A stretch of 64,000 bases of DNA, taken from Dehalococcoidia bacterium. Its GTDB lineage: Bacteria > Chloroflexota > Dehalococcoidia > Lucifugimonadales > GCA-2712585. The translations under genes were made by a program, and so were the position numbers. Numbering within the stretch: position 1 is the stretch's first letter; each line of letters begins with the position of its first letter. The notes below the pieces were generated by a model, which saw nothing but the letters and a program-made list of their open reading frames with translations, was not told the DNA's origin and ran no database searches. This document shows positions 19,539 through 29,061 of the stretch, piece after piece. The DNA lies in NCBI GenBank assembly GCA_965208725.1, contig CBDBPI010000002.1:208870-272869 (forward strand), in the 5' to 3' direction.

Positions 19539-20726
19539 CTAGGAACCGGCGAGTGTCTTGCTTGCGGCGGCTACCCCGGCCCCGGCCGGGACCTCATAGC
19601 CTTCCTTGGGCAGAATCTCCTCCAGGGCAGAGAGTAGCAGCAGCAGGTTTGCGCCTGTGCTGGCCTCTCCCATCAGCCCTACGCGCCATATCTTGCCGGC
19701 GAACTGGCCCAGCCCGCGGGAGATTTCGATGAGATAGTCGTTGGCTAGCCGCGCCCGCACCCGGGCCTCGTCTACCCCCTCGGGAACGGCAACGGGGGTA
19801 ATCTGGGCCAGCCGGTGATTCTCGTCGGAGATTACCGAAAGCCCCAGCGCCTCCAGCCCGGCGCGAAGGGCCGCGGCATTCCGCTGGTGCCGGTCATAAC
19901 GGGCGTCCAGTCCCTCGTCCAGTATCACCCGCAGCCCCTCGTAGAGGGCGTACAGGCTGCTGATGGGCACGGTGTGATGATATACGTGGTCTTTGCCCCA
20001 ATACTCGGCGACTTGGGGGATGTTCAGGTACCAGGTGGAAGGCGAGGTGCTCCGGCCGTTCATCGTCTCCAGCGCGTTCTGGCTGACCGCCACCGGAGCC
20101 AGCCCCGGCGGACAGCTCAGGCACTTCTGTGAAGCGCTGGAAATATAGTCGATGCCCCACTCGTCCACTGCCACCTCGCTGCCTCCGAAGGACGTGACTG
20201 CGTCGACAAACATGAGAGCGCCGTGCTCCTTCGCCATCCTCGATATCTCCGCCAAGGGCTGGCTGACGCCCGTGGAGGTCTCGGCGTGGACCATCCCGAC
20301 AAGCTTCACCGACTTGTGCTTCTTGAGTTCTGCCTCCATTGCCGCCGGATCCAGCGGCTTCGCCCACTCGCCGTCTACCGTAATGACTTCTGCGCCCTGC
20401 CGACGCGCCATCTCTATCATCCGCTCGCAGAAGAAGCCGTAGTTGCCGATGACCGCCACGTCTCCGGGTTCCAGCACGCTCGCCATCCCCGCTTCGATGC
20501 CCGCCGATCCCGTGGCCGAGAGCGCCATTGTTAGAGACTCTTTGGTCTGAAACACCTCCGCAAGCATGGCGGCAATGCCGTCGATGACGGGGATGAAAGC
20601 GGCCTCGCCGTAGCCTATTACGGGCGTCTGCATCGCCTTGTAGACCCTTGGATGTACGTTTACGGGGCCGGTGCTGAGAAGCACCCGGGCCGGAATGTTT
20701 AGCTCCGGATAATTATTCTGGACCAT
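19539..20726 (-). CDS. class V aminotransferase (serine-pyruvate/alanine-glyoxylate aminotransferase type)
   Basis: 395 aa. PLP-lysine context SSASQKCLSCPPGLAPV. Confidence 0.85.
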   Translation of the reverse strand: MVQNNYPELNIPARVLLSTGPVNVHPRVYKAMQTPVIGYGEAAFIPVIDGIAAMLAEVFQTKESLTMALSATGSAGIEAGMASVLEPGDVAVIGNYGFFCERMIEMARRQGAEVITVDGEWAKPLDPAAMEAELKKHKSVKLVGMVHAETSTGVSQPLAEISRMAKEHGALMFVDAVTSFGGSEVAVDEWGIDYISSASQKCLSCPPGLAPVAVSQNALETMNGRSTSPSTWYLNIPQVAEYWGKDHVYHHTVPISSLYALYEGLRVILDEGLDARYDRHQRNAAALRAGLEALGLSVISDENHRLAQITPVAVPEGVDEARVRARLANDYLIEISRGLGQFAGKIWRVGLMGEASTGANLLLLLSALEEILPKEGYEVPAGAGVAAASKTLAGS

Positions 20727-20927
20727 CTGCTCTCCCTTATTTTCTATCCACGCTGGCTTTGCCGGGACGGCAAGATGCCCCTCTTACGGCAAAACGTGAA
20801 GCTCTCTTGCTCAGGAATAGCGCCCGCGCGACTTGGACTTCTGGAAGGGTTCCAAGGCGTGGGCGTCAGGTTGAAAACAGCCTATCAGTGAGGTTTGGGG
20901 GTGTCAAGGAAAGGGGTCTTCTTCTTG

Positions 20928-22364
20928 CTAAGTGATGGGTCCCTTGAGCACCGCCGAACTCAGCTTGCGCGGTATCAGACGGCCTTGGCTCGTATCACCC
21001 TTGAACTGCCCGTCCTTCACCATTACCTTGCCCCGTAGCGTCACAACCGTTGGCCATCCCTGTACGTCCCAGCCCTCCCATGGATTGTAGTCCCCTATAT
21101 GCAACTGCTCCATGGCGACGGTTCTCCGCTCGTCCGGGTCGATGACCACAATGTCCGCGTCGCTGCCCGCCGCTATCGCTCCCTTCTGAGGGTAGAATCC
21201 CAGCAGCTTGGCCGGGTTGGTGGAAGTGATGGCGGCGTACCTCTCCAGGGACATTCCCTGCTTCACAACCCCCTCCGAATACGCGACCCCCATGCGAATC
21301 TCGATGCCGATGTTGCCGCCCTGTACGTCCACTACCGTGCGCCCTTTGATCTTGTCGGCGTAGCTGGTACCGATGGCGTCCGTTGCCAGGATGTTCAGGT
21401 CCCCCCGGTGCAGCCCGTCCCACAGACGCAGCCTGTCCGTCTCCGACTTTGTGGATGGGTAGGTGTGGTACTTCATCCCGTCGTGTTCCTTGTAGTCCTC
21501 GGAGTTGAAGGAGCAGTAGAGAAGAATGGTCTCTCCGTCCACGGGATGTCCCTTCGCCCTCGACTCTGCGATGGCGTTAACCCCCTCACTGGCGCTGGTA
21601 TGGACGATGTACATGGCGGCGCCCGTATGTTCCGCCACGGTAATGGCCCGCCTCACCGACAGGTCCTCCGAAAGGTTTGACCGGATCTTGGGCAGATAGT
21701 ACCAGGCCCACTCTTCCTGTTCCCGCGCCAGCTCGTAGTTCCACTGGACCACCTCGTCGTCCTCGGCGTGAATGGCCACGATGCCCCCGTGCTCCGCCGC
21801 CTGCTCCATCACCGACACCAGCTGGCCGGTGCTTATCATGGTGATAGGGCGGTTGGGCCTTGGCGCGTGGTTGGTGGTGTAGACCTTGATGCTGGGAAAT
21901 CCGGCGTCGATGAGTTCCCTGATGCGTGGAATGTTCCGGGTTGTGGTGGAAGGCCCGTGAAAGCTGCAATGGAAGGAATAGTCGATGTACGTCCGTCCCG
22001 GAAACAGGTCCGCGTGGGTCTGCACCGCCGCCAGAATGTCGTCGCTGCCCGGCTGCGTTGCGATGGCGAAGTCCATCATGGTGGTGGTCCCGCCCCACAG
22101 CGCCGCCAGCGACAACTCTTCCGGGCCCGCAGTGGTCGTGTTCCCCCAGATGCTGTCTCGGTGGGGGAATCCCACGTGGGTGTGCGCCTCCACGCCGCCG
22201 GGCACAACTATCTTGCCCGTTGCGTCGATTACCTCAGACGCCTCGCTGCCCAGGGATCCGGGCAGCACCACGCCGACTATCTTCTCTCCCTGGACGGCCA
22301 CGTCCCACTGGCCTACGCCCGTGGGCGTGACCACCTGTCCGCCTCGAATTAGCAGGTCTAGCAT
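20928..22364 (-). CDS. dihydropyrimidinase/D-hydantoinase-type cyclic amidohydrolase
   Basis: MLDLLIRGGQVV...GGVEAHTHV metal motif and SIKVYT (carboxylated Lys context). I prefer the ATG at 22364; the ORF is open to 22403. Confidence 0.85.
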   Translation of the reverse strand: MLDLLIRGGQVVTPTGVGQWDVAVQGEKIVGVVLPGSLGSEASEVIDATGKIVVPGGVEAHTHVGFPHRDSIWGNTTTAGPEELSLAALWGGTTTMMDFAIATQPGSDDILAAVQTHADLFPGRTYIDYSFHCSFHGPSTTTRNIPRIRELIDAGFPSIKVYTTNHAPRPNRPITMISTGQLVSVMEQAAEHGGIVAIHAEDDEVVQWNYELAREQEEWAWYYLPKIRSNLSEDLSVRRAITVAEHTGAAMYIVHTSASEGVNAIAESRAKGHPVDGETILLYCSFNSEDYKEHDGMKYHTYPSTKSETDRLRLWDGLHRGDLNILATDAIGTSYADKIKGRTVVDVQGGNIGIEIRMGVAYSEGVVKQGMSLERYAAITSTNPAKLLGFYPQKGAIAAGSDADIVVIDPDERRTVAMEQLHIGDYNPWEGWDVQGWPTVVTLRGKVMVKDGQFKGDTSQGRLIPRKLSSAVLKGPIT

Positions 22365-22426
22365 TGATGCCTCCTCGCCGCGCGCAGTCTTGGCATCGCG
22401 CAACGGGGAAATGCTGCTGTTGCTGT

Positions 22427-22933
22427 CTAGAACTCTCCCGACCTGAAGCTCACGGACATCTCCCGCCGAGCCCTCTCGTCGAATCCCACCCCGTCGGCGA
22501 TCCTCAAGCTAGTGTACACCATAATGTACGTGCTGAAGTGCTCCTCCCGCACCTCCGCGGAATCGGGAAAGATCGGCATGTAGCTGCCCACCGTGTCCAG
22601 CATGTCTCGACGCAGTGCGGCGGTGCGTTTGGGAGAAAGGAGCCACTCCCTCTCGTCGTAGTCTCCGTTGGCGTTTACGATGTATTCCTGCGGCTCCAGG
22701 TCCACCCGTACGTTGGCGGTCAGCACTAGTGACTCCCCGGACTGCTTGATGTCCATCTCAAGCCTCCGCCGGTCCACCGGAATGAAGTTGGCCAGGAGAA
22801 GAATTATGTGGTTCCGCAGGTCCATCAGGGCTTCGGCGGTCATAGTGGTCCTGTCCTGAAGCATGACTGCCTTCAGGCGGCTGTGAGCGTTCTCCCTGCT
22901 GGCCTCCTTCCTCTCGAAGACCTGCTTGACCAT
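22427..22933 (-). CDS. minE: MinE topological specificity factor with ~85-aa C-terminal extension
   Basis: MVKQVFERKEASRENAHSRLKAVMLQDR... matches the MinE N-terminal membrane/MinD-binding region. The ORF stays open upstream to 23128, so the start is uncertain. Confidence 0.6.
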   Translation of the reverse strand: MVKQVFERKEASRENAHSRLKAVMLQDRTTMTAEALMDLRNHIILLLANFIPVDRRRLEMDIKQSGESLVLTANVRVDLEPQEYIVNANGDYDEREWLLSPKRTAALRRDMLDTVGSYMPIFPDSAEVREEHFSTYIMVYTSLRIADGVGFDERARREMSVSFRSGEF

Positions 22934-22988
22934 GCCCCCCACGTTGTCGAGGGCCTTGGACTGCTTGACCTTTTCCCGCAACTCCGCG

Positions 22989-23045
22989 ATGGAGGGAGCT
23001 TTCTTGGCAATCTCCTTCAGATCATCTATGGAGGGAGACTTCTTG
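22989..23045. repeat. 39-bp-period direct repeat between minD and minE
   Basis: atggagggagctttcttg (22989-23006) and atggagggagacttcttg (23028-23045). In the minE frame they encode KKAPSI.../KKSPSI... Confidence 0.7.
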
Positions 23046-23063
23046 ACCAGGTCCTTTAGAGCT

Positions 23064-23882
23064 TCAAGCCTTGGCGCCCATTGGTCTCTTGAACCCCACC
23101 ATCTTTTTGATCCACGTGAAGATGCCATAGCTTACCTCCAGCTTAAGCATGGGGACATCCTCTCCCTCAATCCGGGCAGCCACGCGGCGAAAGGCCTCAC
23201 CGGCGCTTGACTTCATGTTATGCACCACCGGCACGCCCCGGTTCCCGGATACCACTATGTGCTCGTCTTCCGGCACGATGCCCAGCAGTGGAACGGAGAG
23301 GAGGTCTAGAATGTCTTCCGTTGTCATCATGTCACCGCGGCGCACCATGCCGGGGCGAACACGATTGATTATCAGCTCGGGCTTAGTCAGCCCGGCCGCT
23401 TCGATGAAACCTATTACCCTGTCGGCGTCGCGAATCGCCGCCACGTCCGGCGTTGTGACCACTATGGCCTTGTCCGCGGCCTCCATCGCGTTCTTGAACC
23501 CCTGCTCGATACCGGCAGGGGAGTCGATGAAGATGTAGTCGAAGTCTTCCCTCAACTTGTCGCACAGTTCCTTGACTTGCTCGCCCGAAACCGCGCTCTT
23601 GTCCCGCGTTTGAGCGGCGGGTATCACGTACAGGTTCTCCGTCAGCTTGTCTCGAATCATGGCTTGTTGCACCTGACATACGCCTTCGATGACCTGAACA
23701 AGGTCATAGACGATTCGGTTTTCCAGGCCCATGATTACGTCCAAGTTCCTTAAGCCGATGTCGGCGTCTATGAGAACAACTCTCTTTCCCCTGAGGGAAA
23801 GGGCCGAGCCAACGTTGGCCGTGGCCGTGGTCTTGCCCACACCGCCCTTGCCCGAATTGACAACGTATACCTCACCTTGCAT
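23064..23882 (-). CDS. minD: septum site-determining ATPase MinD
   Basis: 272 aa. Deviant Walker A SGKGGVGKTT and a C-terminal amphipathic tail. Confidence 0.95.
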   Translation of the reverse strand: MQGEVYVVNSGKGGVGKTTATANVGSALSLRGKRVVLIDADIGLRNLDVIMGLENRIVYDLVQVIEGVCQVQQAMIRDKLTENLYVIPAAQTRDKSAVSGEQVKELCDKLREDFDYIFIDSPAGIEQGFKNAMEAADKAIVVTTPDVAAIRDADRVIGFIEAAGLTKPELIINRVRPGMVRRGDMMTTEDILDLLSVPLLGIVPEDEHIVVSGNRGVPVVHNMKSSAGEAFRRVAARIEGEDVPMLKLEVSYGIFTWIKKMVGFKRPMGAKA

Positions 23883-24443
23883 GTCATTTCTCCTTCCTCA
23901 TTTAAGCCTGGGCACGGAAAGGAAGCGGCAAGTGCCGTCGTCTACCGGTTATTTGTCGTCTCTGCGTGCGCCATTACGCACGCAGCCGTCCCGAATAAAT
24001 GGGACGCTAATAGTGCATCCTTAGTGGTTCCCATCCGGCTTCCGACGACGATTAAGGAGCTTGCACGTGGACTGATCGCCTGTGCAACCTCCCGCAATAT
24101 CATTCCGCACGTTTCCTTGAATTCCCCGTTTTACCCGTCTGGTATTCGCTCTAAGAGGCAGTCTCCCAGGGGCAACTGTAGTAACCGTTTTTTATCCCTG
24201 AATTCGCCAATTTCCAAGGATTTTCCACCTCTAGACCTTAGAAATTATTATCGTGAATCCATGCCTATTATTGTCAATAAAATCCAGTACGACTTGCGGT
24301 CAAAATCTGATGCGGACCACCGCGAAATCGAGGAAGATTCTCACTCAAATTTTACGTTATACGCACTGCGGAAACGGGGCTGATGCCATTGCTTGGCCGC
24401 TGCGAATATCCCGCCAGCTATGGCTGTCTGGTGCAAACCAGGG

Positions 24444-25358
24444 TCAGAACCAGCGGCGCCTCAGCCGCGCGACCCTTCGTGAGAAACGGGATCGCGGCTT
24501 CAAATGTTCCGTCACGTACCGGACCATTTCCCTTCCCCCGAAAACCCAGGACGACCTCCACTTCTTCAACCCCTCTGCGTCGGGTTCTGCGCCCTCTGAT
24601 GTGGTGAACCTCCGGAAGGCTTCCCAGTCTTTGCCGTCACTCTGACGGTAGAGGGCTGTCCCCCCTGCCTCGGTCACCAGCGTTATTCCGGCCGCCACGT
24701 CCCACACCCACGGACTTGTAAAGATCGCGTATTGTATGACCCCGCTTGCCGTCATCGCCAGCTCGTAAGCCACGCTGCCGGGGCTCCTGAGTTCGCCGAT
24801 GCGTCCCTTCAACCCCTTCTTCTGGTTGTAGAGAGCGGCAAACGACCACGGAAACACGGTAATCTTTCCCCGCTGCGGGCTGTCCGCCTCATAAACCTGG
24901 ATAAACTCCTCATCCCGAAAGGCGCCGTTACCCCGACGCGCGTGGTACACGCTGCCGTCGCTTCGCGTGGGCGAAGGGGTGAAGATGCAGCCAAGGACCG
25001 GCTCTCCCCTGTGCAACACCCCCACGGAAACCCCGAATACGGGCAGCCCGTTCAGGTAGTTGACGGTTCCGTCCAGCGGGTCCAAAACCCAGATGAAGTC
25101 CGACGACTTCGAGTCCACCTGGGAGCCCTCCTCGGCCAGCACACCGTGTTCGGGGTACTCCTTCAGGATAGCTTCCCGTAGAAACTCCTCGCTGCGTCGG
25201 TCTGCGTCGGTGACCGGATTGGTGTTGCCCTTCGACTTATATTCGACGATTAGGGGTTTACGAAACTGTTCTAGCAGTATGCCCCCCGCCTGGCGGGTGA
25301 TCCCCACGGCGAAGGACTCCATCTCCGCCAGCTGCTGGTTCAGCGCCTCCTCACTCAT
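24444..25358 (-). CDS. suhB: inositol monophosphatase family protein
   Basis: 304 aa. WVLDPLDGTVNY and the downstream IMPase motifs. Confidence 0.85.
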   Translation of the reverse strand: MSEEALNQQLAEMESFAVGITRQAGGILLEQFRKPLIVEYKSKGNTNPVTDADRRSEEFLREAILKEYPEHGVLAEEGSQVDSKSSDFIWVLDPLDGTVNYLNGLPVFGVSVGVLHRGEPVLGCIFTPSPTRSDGSVYHARRGNGAFRDEEFIQVYEADSPQRGKITVFPWSFAALYNQKKGLKGRIGELRSPGSVAYELAMTASGVIQYAIFTSPWVWDVAAGITLVTEAGGTALYRQSDGKDWEAFRRFTTSEGAEPDAEGLKKWRSSWVFGGREMVRYVTEHLKPRSRFSRRVARLRRRWF

Positions 25359-25429
25359 TGCCAGCCCCTCTTCACAACCCCCCTTGAAGGAGATCTTCGT
25401 AAAACTCTCTCAAGAGCGCCGATTAACTT

Positions 25430-25469
25430 CTTCCTCCTTGACGGGGGAAGATTGAGATGGGGGTGATTT
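25430..25469 (+). repeat. family-A repeat, copy 4
   Basis: cttcctccttgacgggggaagattgagatgggggtgattt. Confidence 0.8.
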
Positions 25470-25484
25470 CCTTCCCCACTTCTT

Positions 25485-25506
25485 ATTCCCGTGAAGGCGG
25501 AAATCC
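25485..25506 (+). repeat. family-C hairpin repeat
   Basis: attcccgtgaaggcggaaatcc. Confidence 0.55.
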
Positions 25507-25520
25507 ATTTCCTAAACTCC

Positions 25521-25548
25521 GTCATTCCGGCCCCCGAGCCGGAATCCA
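25521..25548 (+). repeat. family-C GTCATTCC hairpin repeat
   Basis: gtcattccggcccccgagccggaatcca (ATTCCGGC/GCCGGAAT stem). Confidence 0.6.
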
Positions 25549-25556
25549 GTCCACTA

Positions 25557-26456
25557 CTACCCCACCCTCCAGGGCTCCAGCTCTTCAATGAGCTGCATCA
25601 ACTCGTCTCGGGTCGTCTGGTCGATAGGCCCGGCCGGATGCCGCACCTTGGCCGAAGGTATGATGCCCCGATGCTTCACCGCCTCCTTGCGGATGCTCAG
25701 GTTTATCCCCTCCTGGTTCTCGTAAAGAATCAACGGCAGGAACTTGTTGAATACGTCCATCGCCTTCTGATGGTCGCCCGCTTCGTACAAGTTGATGACC
25801 TCCACCAGCACTTCCGGATAGGCAAAGCCCGTCATCGCGCCGATGCCTCCTCGCCGCAGTTCGTCCAGCAGCATCACGCCTCCCAGTCCTCCGAAGATCC
25901 CCAGCCTGTCCCCCGTGATGTTGCGAATCGCGGTTATCTTGTTAGGCGTCGGAGGGTCCTCCAGCTTCAGGTACTCAAAGGAGGGGAGGGCGTCCGCCAG
26001 TTCCGCCACGTATTGGGGCGACATGTGGACACCTGACGCCTGCGGAAAGTCCTGCACCACCAGCGGTATGTCGATGGCGTCGGCGATGCGCTGGTAGAAG
26101 GCCGTCACCGCCGCAGGGTTGGGCTTCCCCAGGGGCGGTGGCGAGACCATCACCGCTGCCGCTCCCATCTGCTCCGCTTCCTTCGCGCGATCCACCGCCA
26201 CATAGGTGCTGGCCGCGGTGGTGCCCACCGTCACCTTCAGGTTTCCTGCGGCCTCCATAACACGCTCGAGAACGGCCGGACGCTCACTGTCCAGCAGACG
26301 TCTCCACTCTCCCATCTCTCCCAGCACCACCACCCCGGTGCAGCCCGTGGAGGCGGCCTTCTCCACCACCGGGCCGACGGATTCCAGGTCCAACTCTTCG
26401 TTCTCGAAGAAGGGTGTGACCAGCATCCAGTGCATACCGCCCATGGGATCTTTCAT
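25557..26456 (-). CDS. dihydrodipicolinate synthase/N-acetylneuraminate lyase family protein
   Basis: 299 aa. The TPF...D....V......G..G....G..GE pattern and length fit the DHDPS family. Specific substrate unknown. Confidence 0.75.
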   Translation of the reverse strand: MKDPMGGMHWMLVTPFFENEELDLESVGPVVEKAASTGCTGVVVLGEMGEWRRLLDSERPAVLERVMEAAGNLKVTVGTTAASTYVAVDRAKEAEQMGAAAVMVSPPPLGKPNPAAVTAFYQRIADAIDIPLVVQDFPQASGVHMSPQYVAELADALPSFEYLKLEDPPTPNKITAIRNITGDRLGIFGGLGGVMLLDELRRGGIGAMTGFAYPEVLVEVINLYEAGDHQKAMDVFNKFLPLILYENQEGINLSIRKEAVKHRGIIPSAKVRHPAGPIDQTTRDELMQLIEELEPWRVG

Positions 26457-26570
26457 CTCAATACTCCCTGCTTGATGTCTATCGCATTCACCAGCAATTT
26501 CCCTGAAAATACCCTAATTGTCGGGGACAGAAAATTCTCCCAAACTGAGAATTCCTCTGATTTTCGAGGA

Positions 26571-27200
26571 CTATCCGCCCACCAGAAGCGCCGCATTGGA
26601 CGAGGACGAAGCCCTGCCGGAGAGCAGGACTACTCCCTCCGCCACCTCATCCGAGCTGGCGGAACCGGTTTCTATCTGGGCAACTACCACGCCGGAACCT
26701 TCCACCTCGTCTCCCAAAGCGCTGGTAAACCCGACAAGGGCCTGCTCGGCGGCGCCCCCAGCCGTTCCGGTTACGCTGCCCGCGACTATCGAAATTACGT
26801 GGCCCATCCCCCGCTCCTTCATCCCCGGCACAACCGCCTTGCTGCAGATGAAGGCGGCCCTTGCTTTGCTGATTGCCGCCTGCTCCCATTCTCCCAAGCC
26901 TGCATCCTCGATGTCCTTGTCCAGGGTCGCTCCGGAGGCGTTGACCAGAATGTCCACCGGCCCCAGGATGGCCTCCACGTTGGAGAGCATGTGCCGCACG
27001 TCCGACTCGTCCTGCACGTCCCCGCGGACGGGCAGGGCATCGCCGCCGAAGGTTTCAACCGTCCGCAATACCTTTTCCTGAACCCCTGCTACTCCTTCAA
27101 CCGCTACCTTGGCCCCTGCCCGCGCCAACGCTACCGCCACCTGGCTTCCAGGGTCTTCGCTTGCTCCCGTTATCAGTGCTACCTTGCCTTGTAGAGACAT
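26571..27200 (-). CDS. short-chain dehydrogenase-like protein lacking the canonical YxxxK region
   Basis: MSLQGKVALITGAS..., LVNASG. Only 209 aa. The segment where S...YxxxK is expected reads VAGSVTGTAGGAAEQALVGF. The ATG at 27200 follows GGGAGGAG. Confidence 0.6.
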   Translation of the reverse strand: MSLQGKVALITGASEDPGSQVAVALARAGAKVAVEGVAGVQEKVLRTVETFGGDALPVRGDVQDESDVRHMLSNVEAILGPVDILVNASGATLDKDIEDAGLGEWEQAAISKARAAFICSKAVVPGMKERGMGHVISIVAGSVTGTAGGAAEQALVGFTSALGDEVEGSGVVVAQIETGSASSDEVAEGVVLLSGRASSSSNAALLVGG

Positions 27201-27295
27201 CTCTCCTCCCATGTTTGCTTTATCTTGATTTCTATGGGAAGGGTCTTGGTCCCCTTCCTTTAATTCTCATCAGAATATTCTCTAACTGCCAACTC

Positions 27296-27320
27296 GTAGG
27301 GGTGGTTCGCGAACCGCCCG
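27296..27320 (+). repeat. family-B GTAGGG-hairpin repeat, copy 2
   Basis: gtaggggtggttcgcgaaccgcccg. Confidence 0.7.
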
Positions 27321-27330
27321 TCCTCTCCCA

Positions 27331-28980
27331 TCACCACCCCACTGCGCCTCCATCCTTCCGCGGGTCCGACCCTCCAATCAACACTCCCGATTCCGGGTCT
27401 CGCTGTATGATCTGTCCCCCGCCAAAGAAGACCCCGGCGCCTCCGCTCTCCGGCGTCATCCGGTGCCCCATAGACCTCAGCCCGTCCAACACCTTCCGTG
27501 GAACGTCCTGCTCCAGTGTTGTGGTGTCGTCCAGGTTCACGTTGAAACGACGCGCGTCTAGAGCAGATTGGGGGTCCAGGCCGAAGTCCACCATGCTCGT
27601 CATCACCTGCAGATGTCCCTGGGCCTGGTGGAAGCCCCCCATGACGCCGTAGCTCAGCCAGAGTTCTCCGCCGCGGGTTGCCATGCCCGGAATGATGGTA
27701 TGGAAGGGGCGCTTTCCCGGCGCGAGTGCGTTTGGATGGTTCGGGTCCAGTGAAAAGTTGCTGCCCCTGTTCTGTAGCGCAATTCCGGTGCCCGGTGCCA
27801 CGAGTCCCGTGCCGAAGCCGTGGAACAGGCTGTTAATCAGGGAGCACCCGTTGCCCTCCCCGTCCACGCACGTCACGTAGACGGTGTCAGAGCCGCCCAG
27901 GCTGGTATCGTAACCCACCGACGCCATCGCCCGGCCCGGCGAAATCATGTCCCGGCGACTCTTCGCTCTCTCCTTGGAGAGCATCCCGTTGGTCGGCACG
28001 TCCACCCGGCGAGGGTCCGCCACGTATTGAAAACCGTCGGCGAAGGCTAGCCGCATGGACTCGATAAGATGATGATAGGTTGCCGTCGACTGAAATCCCA
28101 TGCTCGGCAGGTCGAATCCCTCGGCGATGTTCAGCGCCATCAGTGCGTTGATCCCCTGTCCATTGGGCGGACATTCCCAGCATGTCACGTCACGGTATGT
28201 TGTGCTGATGGGTTCGTCCCACGTCGACGTGTAGCTGGCAAAGTCCTCTTCGGTCAGCCATCCCCCGCGCTCCTGCACGTAAGCCGAAATCCTCCGGGCC
28301 GATTCTCCCAGGTAAAAGGCGTCCCGTCCCCCCTCCGCGATGGCCGTTAGGGAGCGTCCCAGTTCGGGCAGGCGGATTACCTCTCCCGTCCGCGGTGCTC
28401 GACCGTCCAGCAGAAGTTCGTTGCCCGAGGGATATCGAGCCAGCTTGGGCAGTCCGGCGGCGAATGCAGAGGCAATGATTGGCGACACCGGATATCCATC
28501 TATCGCGTACTCAATCGCCGGCGCCAAGACTTCCGACAGGGACATAGCTCCGCACTCAGCTATCAGCGTATCCCAGCCGTCCACGCATCCCGGAACCGTT
28601 ACGGCATGGGGCGAAAGGCTGGAAATGTAAGTATGCCCTTGGCCGCGCAGTTCCTCCAGGCTGGCGGCGGCGGGCGCCCGGCCGCTGGCATTAAGCGCTC
28701 TGATGCTCTTGTCATTTGCGCTCCACACCAGCGCGAACAGGTCCCCGCCGATTCCCGTAGACATCGGCTCCACCACGTTCAGCGCCGCTGCGGCCGCTAC
28801 TGCCCCGTCCACGGCGTTGCCCCCCTTCATCAGCATCTGCAGGCCTGCTATGGCCGCCAGAGGCTGGCTGGTGGCCACCATGCCATTGGTGGCCAGGACG
28901 GAAGAACGGCGGGAGTTGAACTGCAAAGGCTCTGCCTCCGAGGCTTGTGTGATGGGCGAAAGTCTCGGCTCTTGCTTCAA
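27331..28980 (-). CDS. ggt: gamma-glutamyltranspeptidase
   Basis: 549 aa. Autoprocessing-site context GGSDTVYVTCVD and GGT-family length. Confidence 0.9.
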   Translation of the reverse strand: MKQEPRLSPITQASEAEPLQFNSRRSSVLATNGMVATSQPLAAIAGLQMLMKGGNAVDGAVAAAAALNVVEPMSTGIGGDLFALVWSANDKSIRALNASGRAPAAASLEELRGQGHTYISSLSPHAVTVPGCVDGWDTLIAECGAMSLSEVLAPAIEYAIDGYPVSPIIASAFAAGLPKLARYPSGNELLLDGRAPRTGEVIRLPELGRSLTAIAEGGRDAFYLGESARRISAYVQERGGWLTEEDFASYTSTWDEPISTTYRDVTCWECPPNGQGINALMALNIAEGFDLPSMGFQSTATYHHLIESMRLAFADGFQYVADPRRVDVPTNGMLSKERAKSRRDMISPGRAMASVGYDTSLGGSDTVYVTCVDGEGNGCSLINSLFHGFGTGLVAPGTGIALQNRGSNFSLDPNHPNALAPGKRPFHTIIPGMATRGGELWLSYGVMGGFHQAQGHLQVMTSMVDFGLDPQSALDARRFNVNLDDTTTLEQDVPRKVLDGLRSMGHRMTPESGGAGVFFGGGQIIQRDPESGVLIGGSDPRKDGGAVGW

Positions 28981-29061
28981 GCACCAAGGCGTGACGCGCC
29001 GCTACAGATTATCACACAGCCCCCCAGTTAAGAAAAGTGCAGCCTGCGATATGGAATACGC

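Noticed and set aside
20727-20927. Possible glycine (or other) riboswitch in the 200-nt leader of the AGXT-type aminotransferase and upstream of gcvT (39690-39725).
   Set aside because: The conserved glycine-aptamer cores (GGAGAG...ACCGAAGGGGCAA...CUCUCAGG) are not present on the sense strand. The gcvT upstream spacer is only 36 nt.
23900-23940. SRP (4.5S) RNA-like GGAAAGGAAGCGGCAAG motif upstream of minD.
   Set aside because: The flanking bases do not form the helix-8 symmetric/asymmetric loops or a GNRA-closed stem. The resemblance is limited to a purine-rich run. RNase P, tmRNA and 6S signatures were not seen either.
23877-24383. 168-aa plus-strand ORF in the minD upstream gap.
   Set aside because: It has no SD and no family resemblance, and its composition looks like translated non-coding DNA. 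I treat the region as non-coding (see finding).
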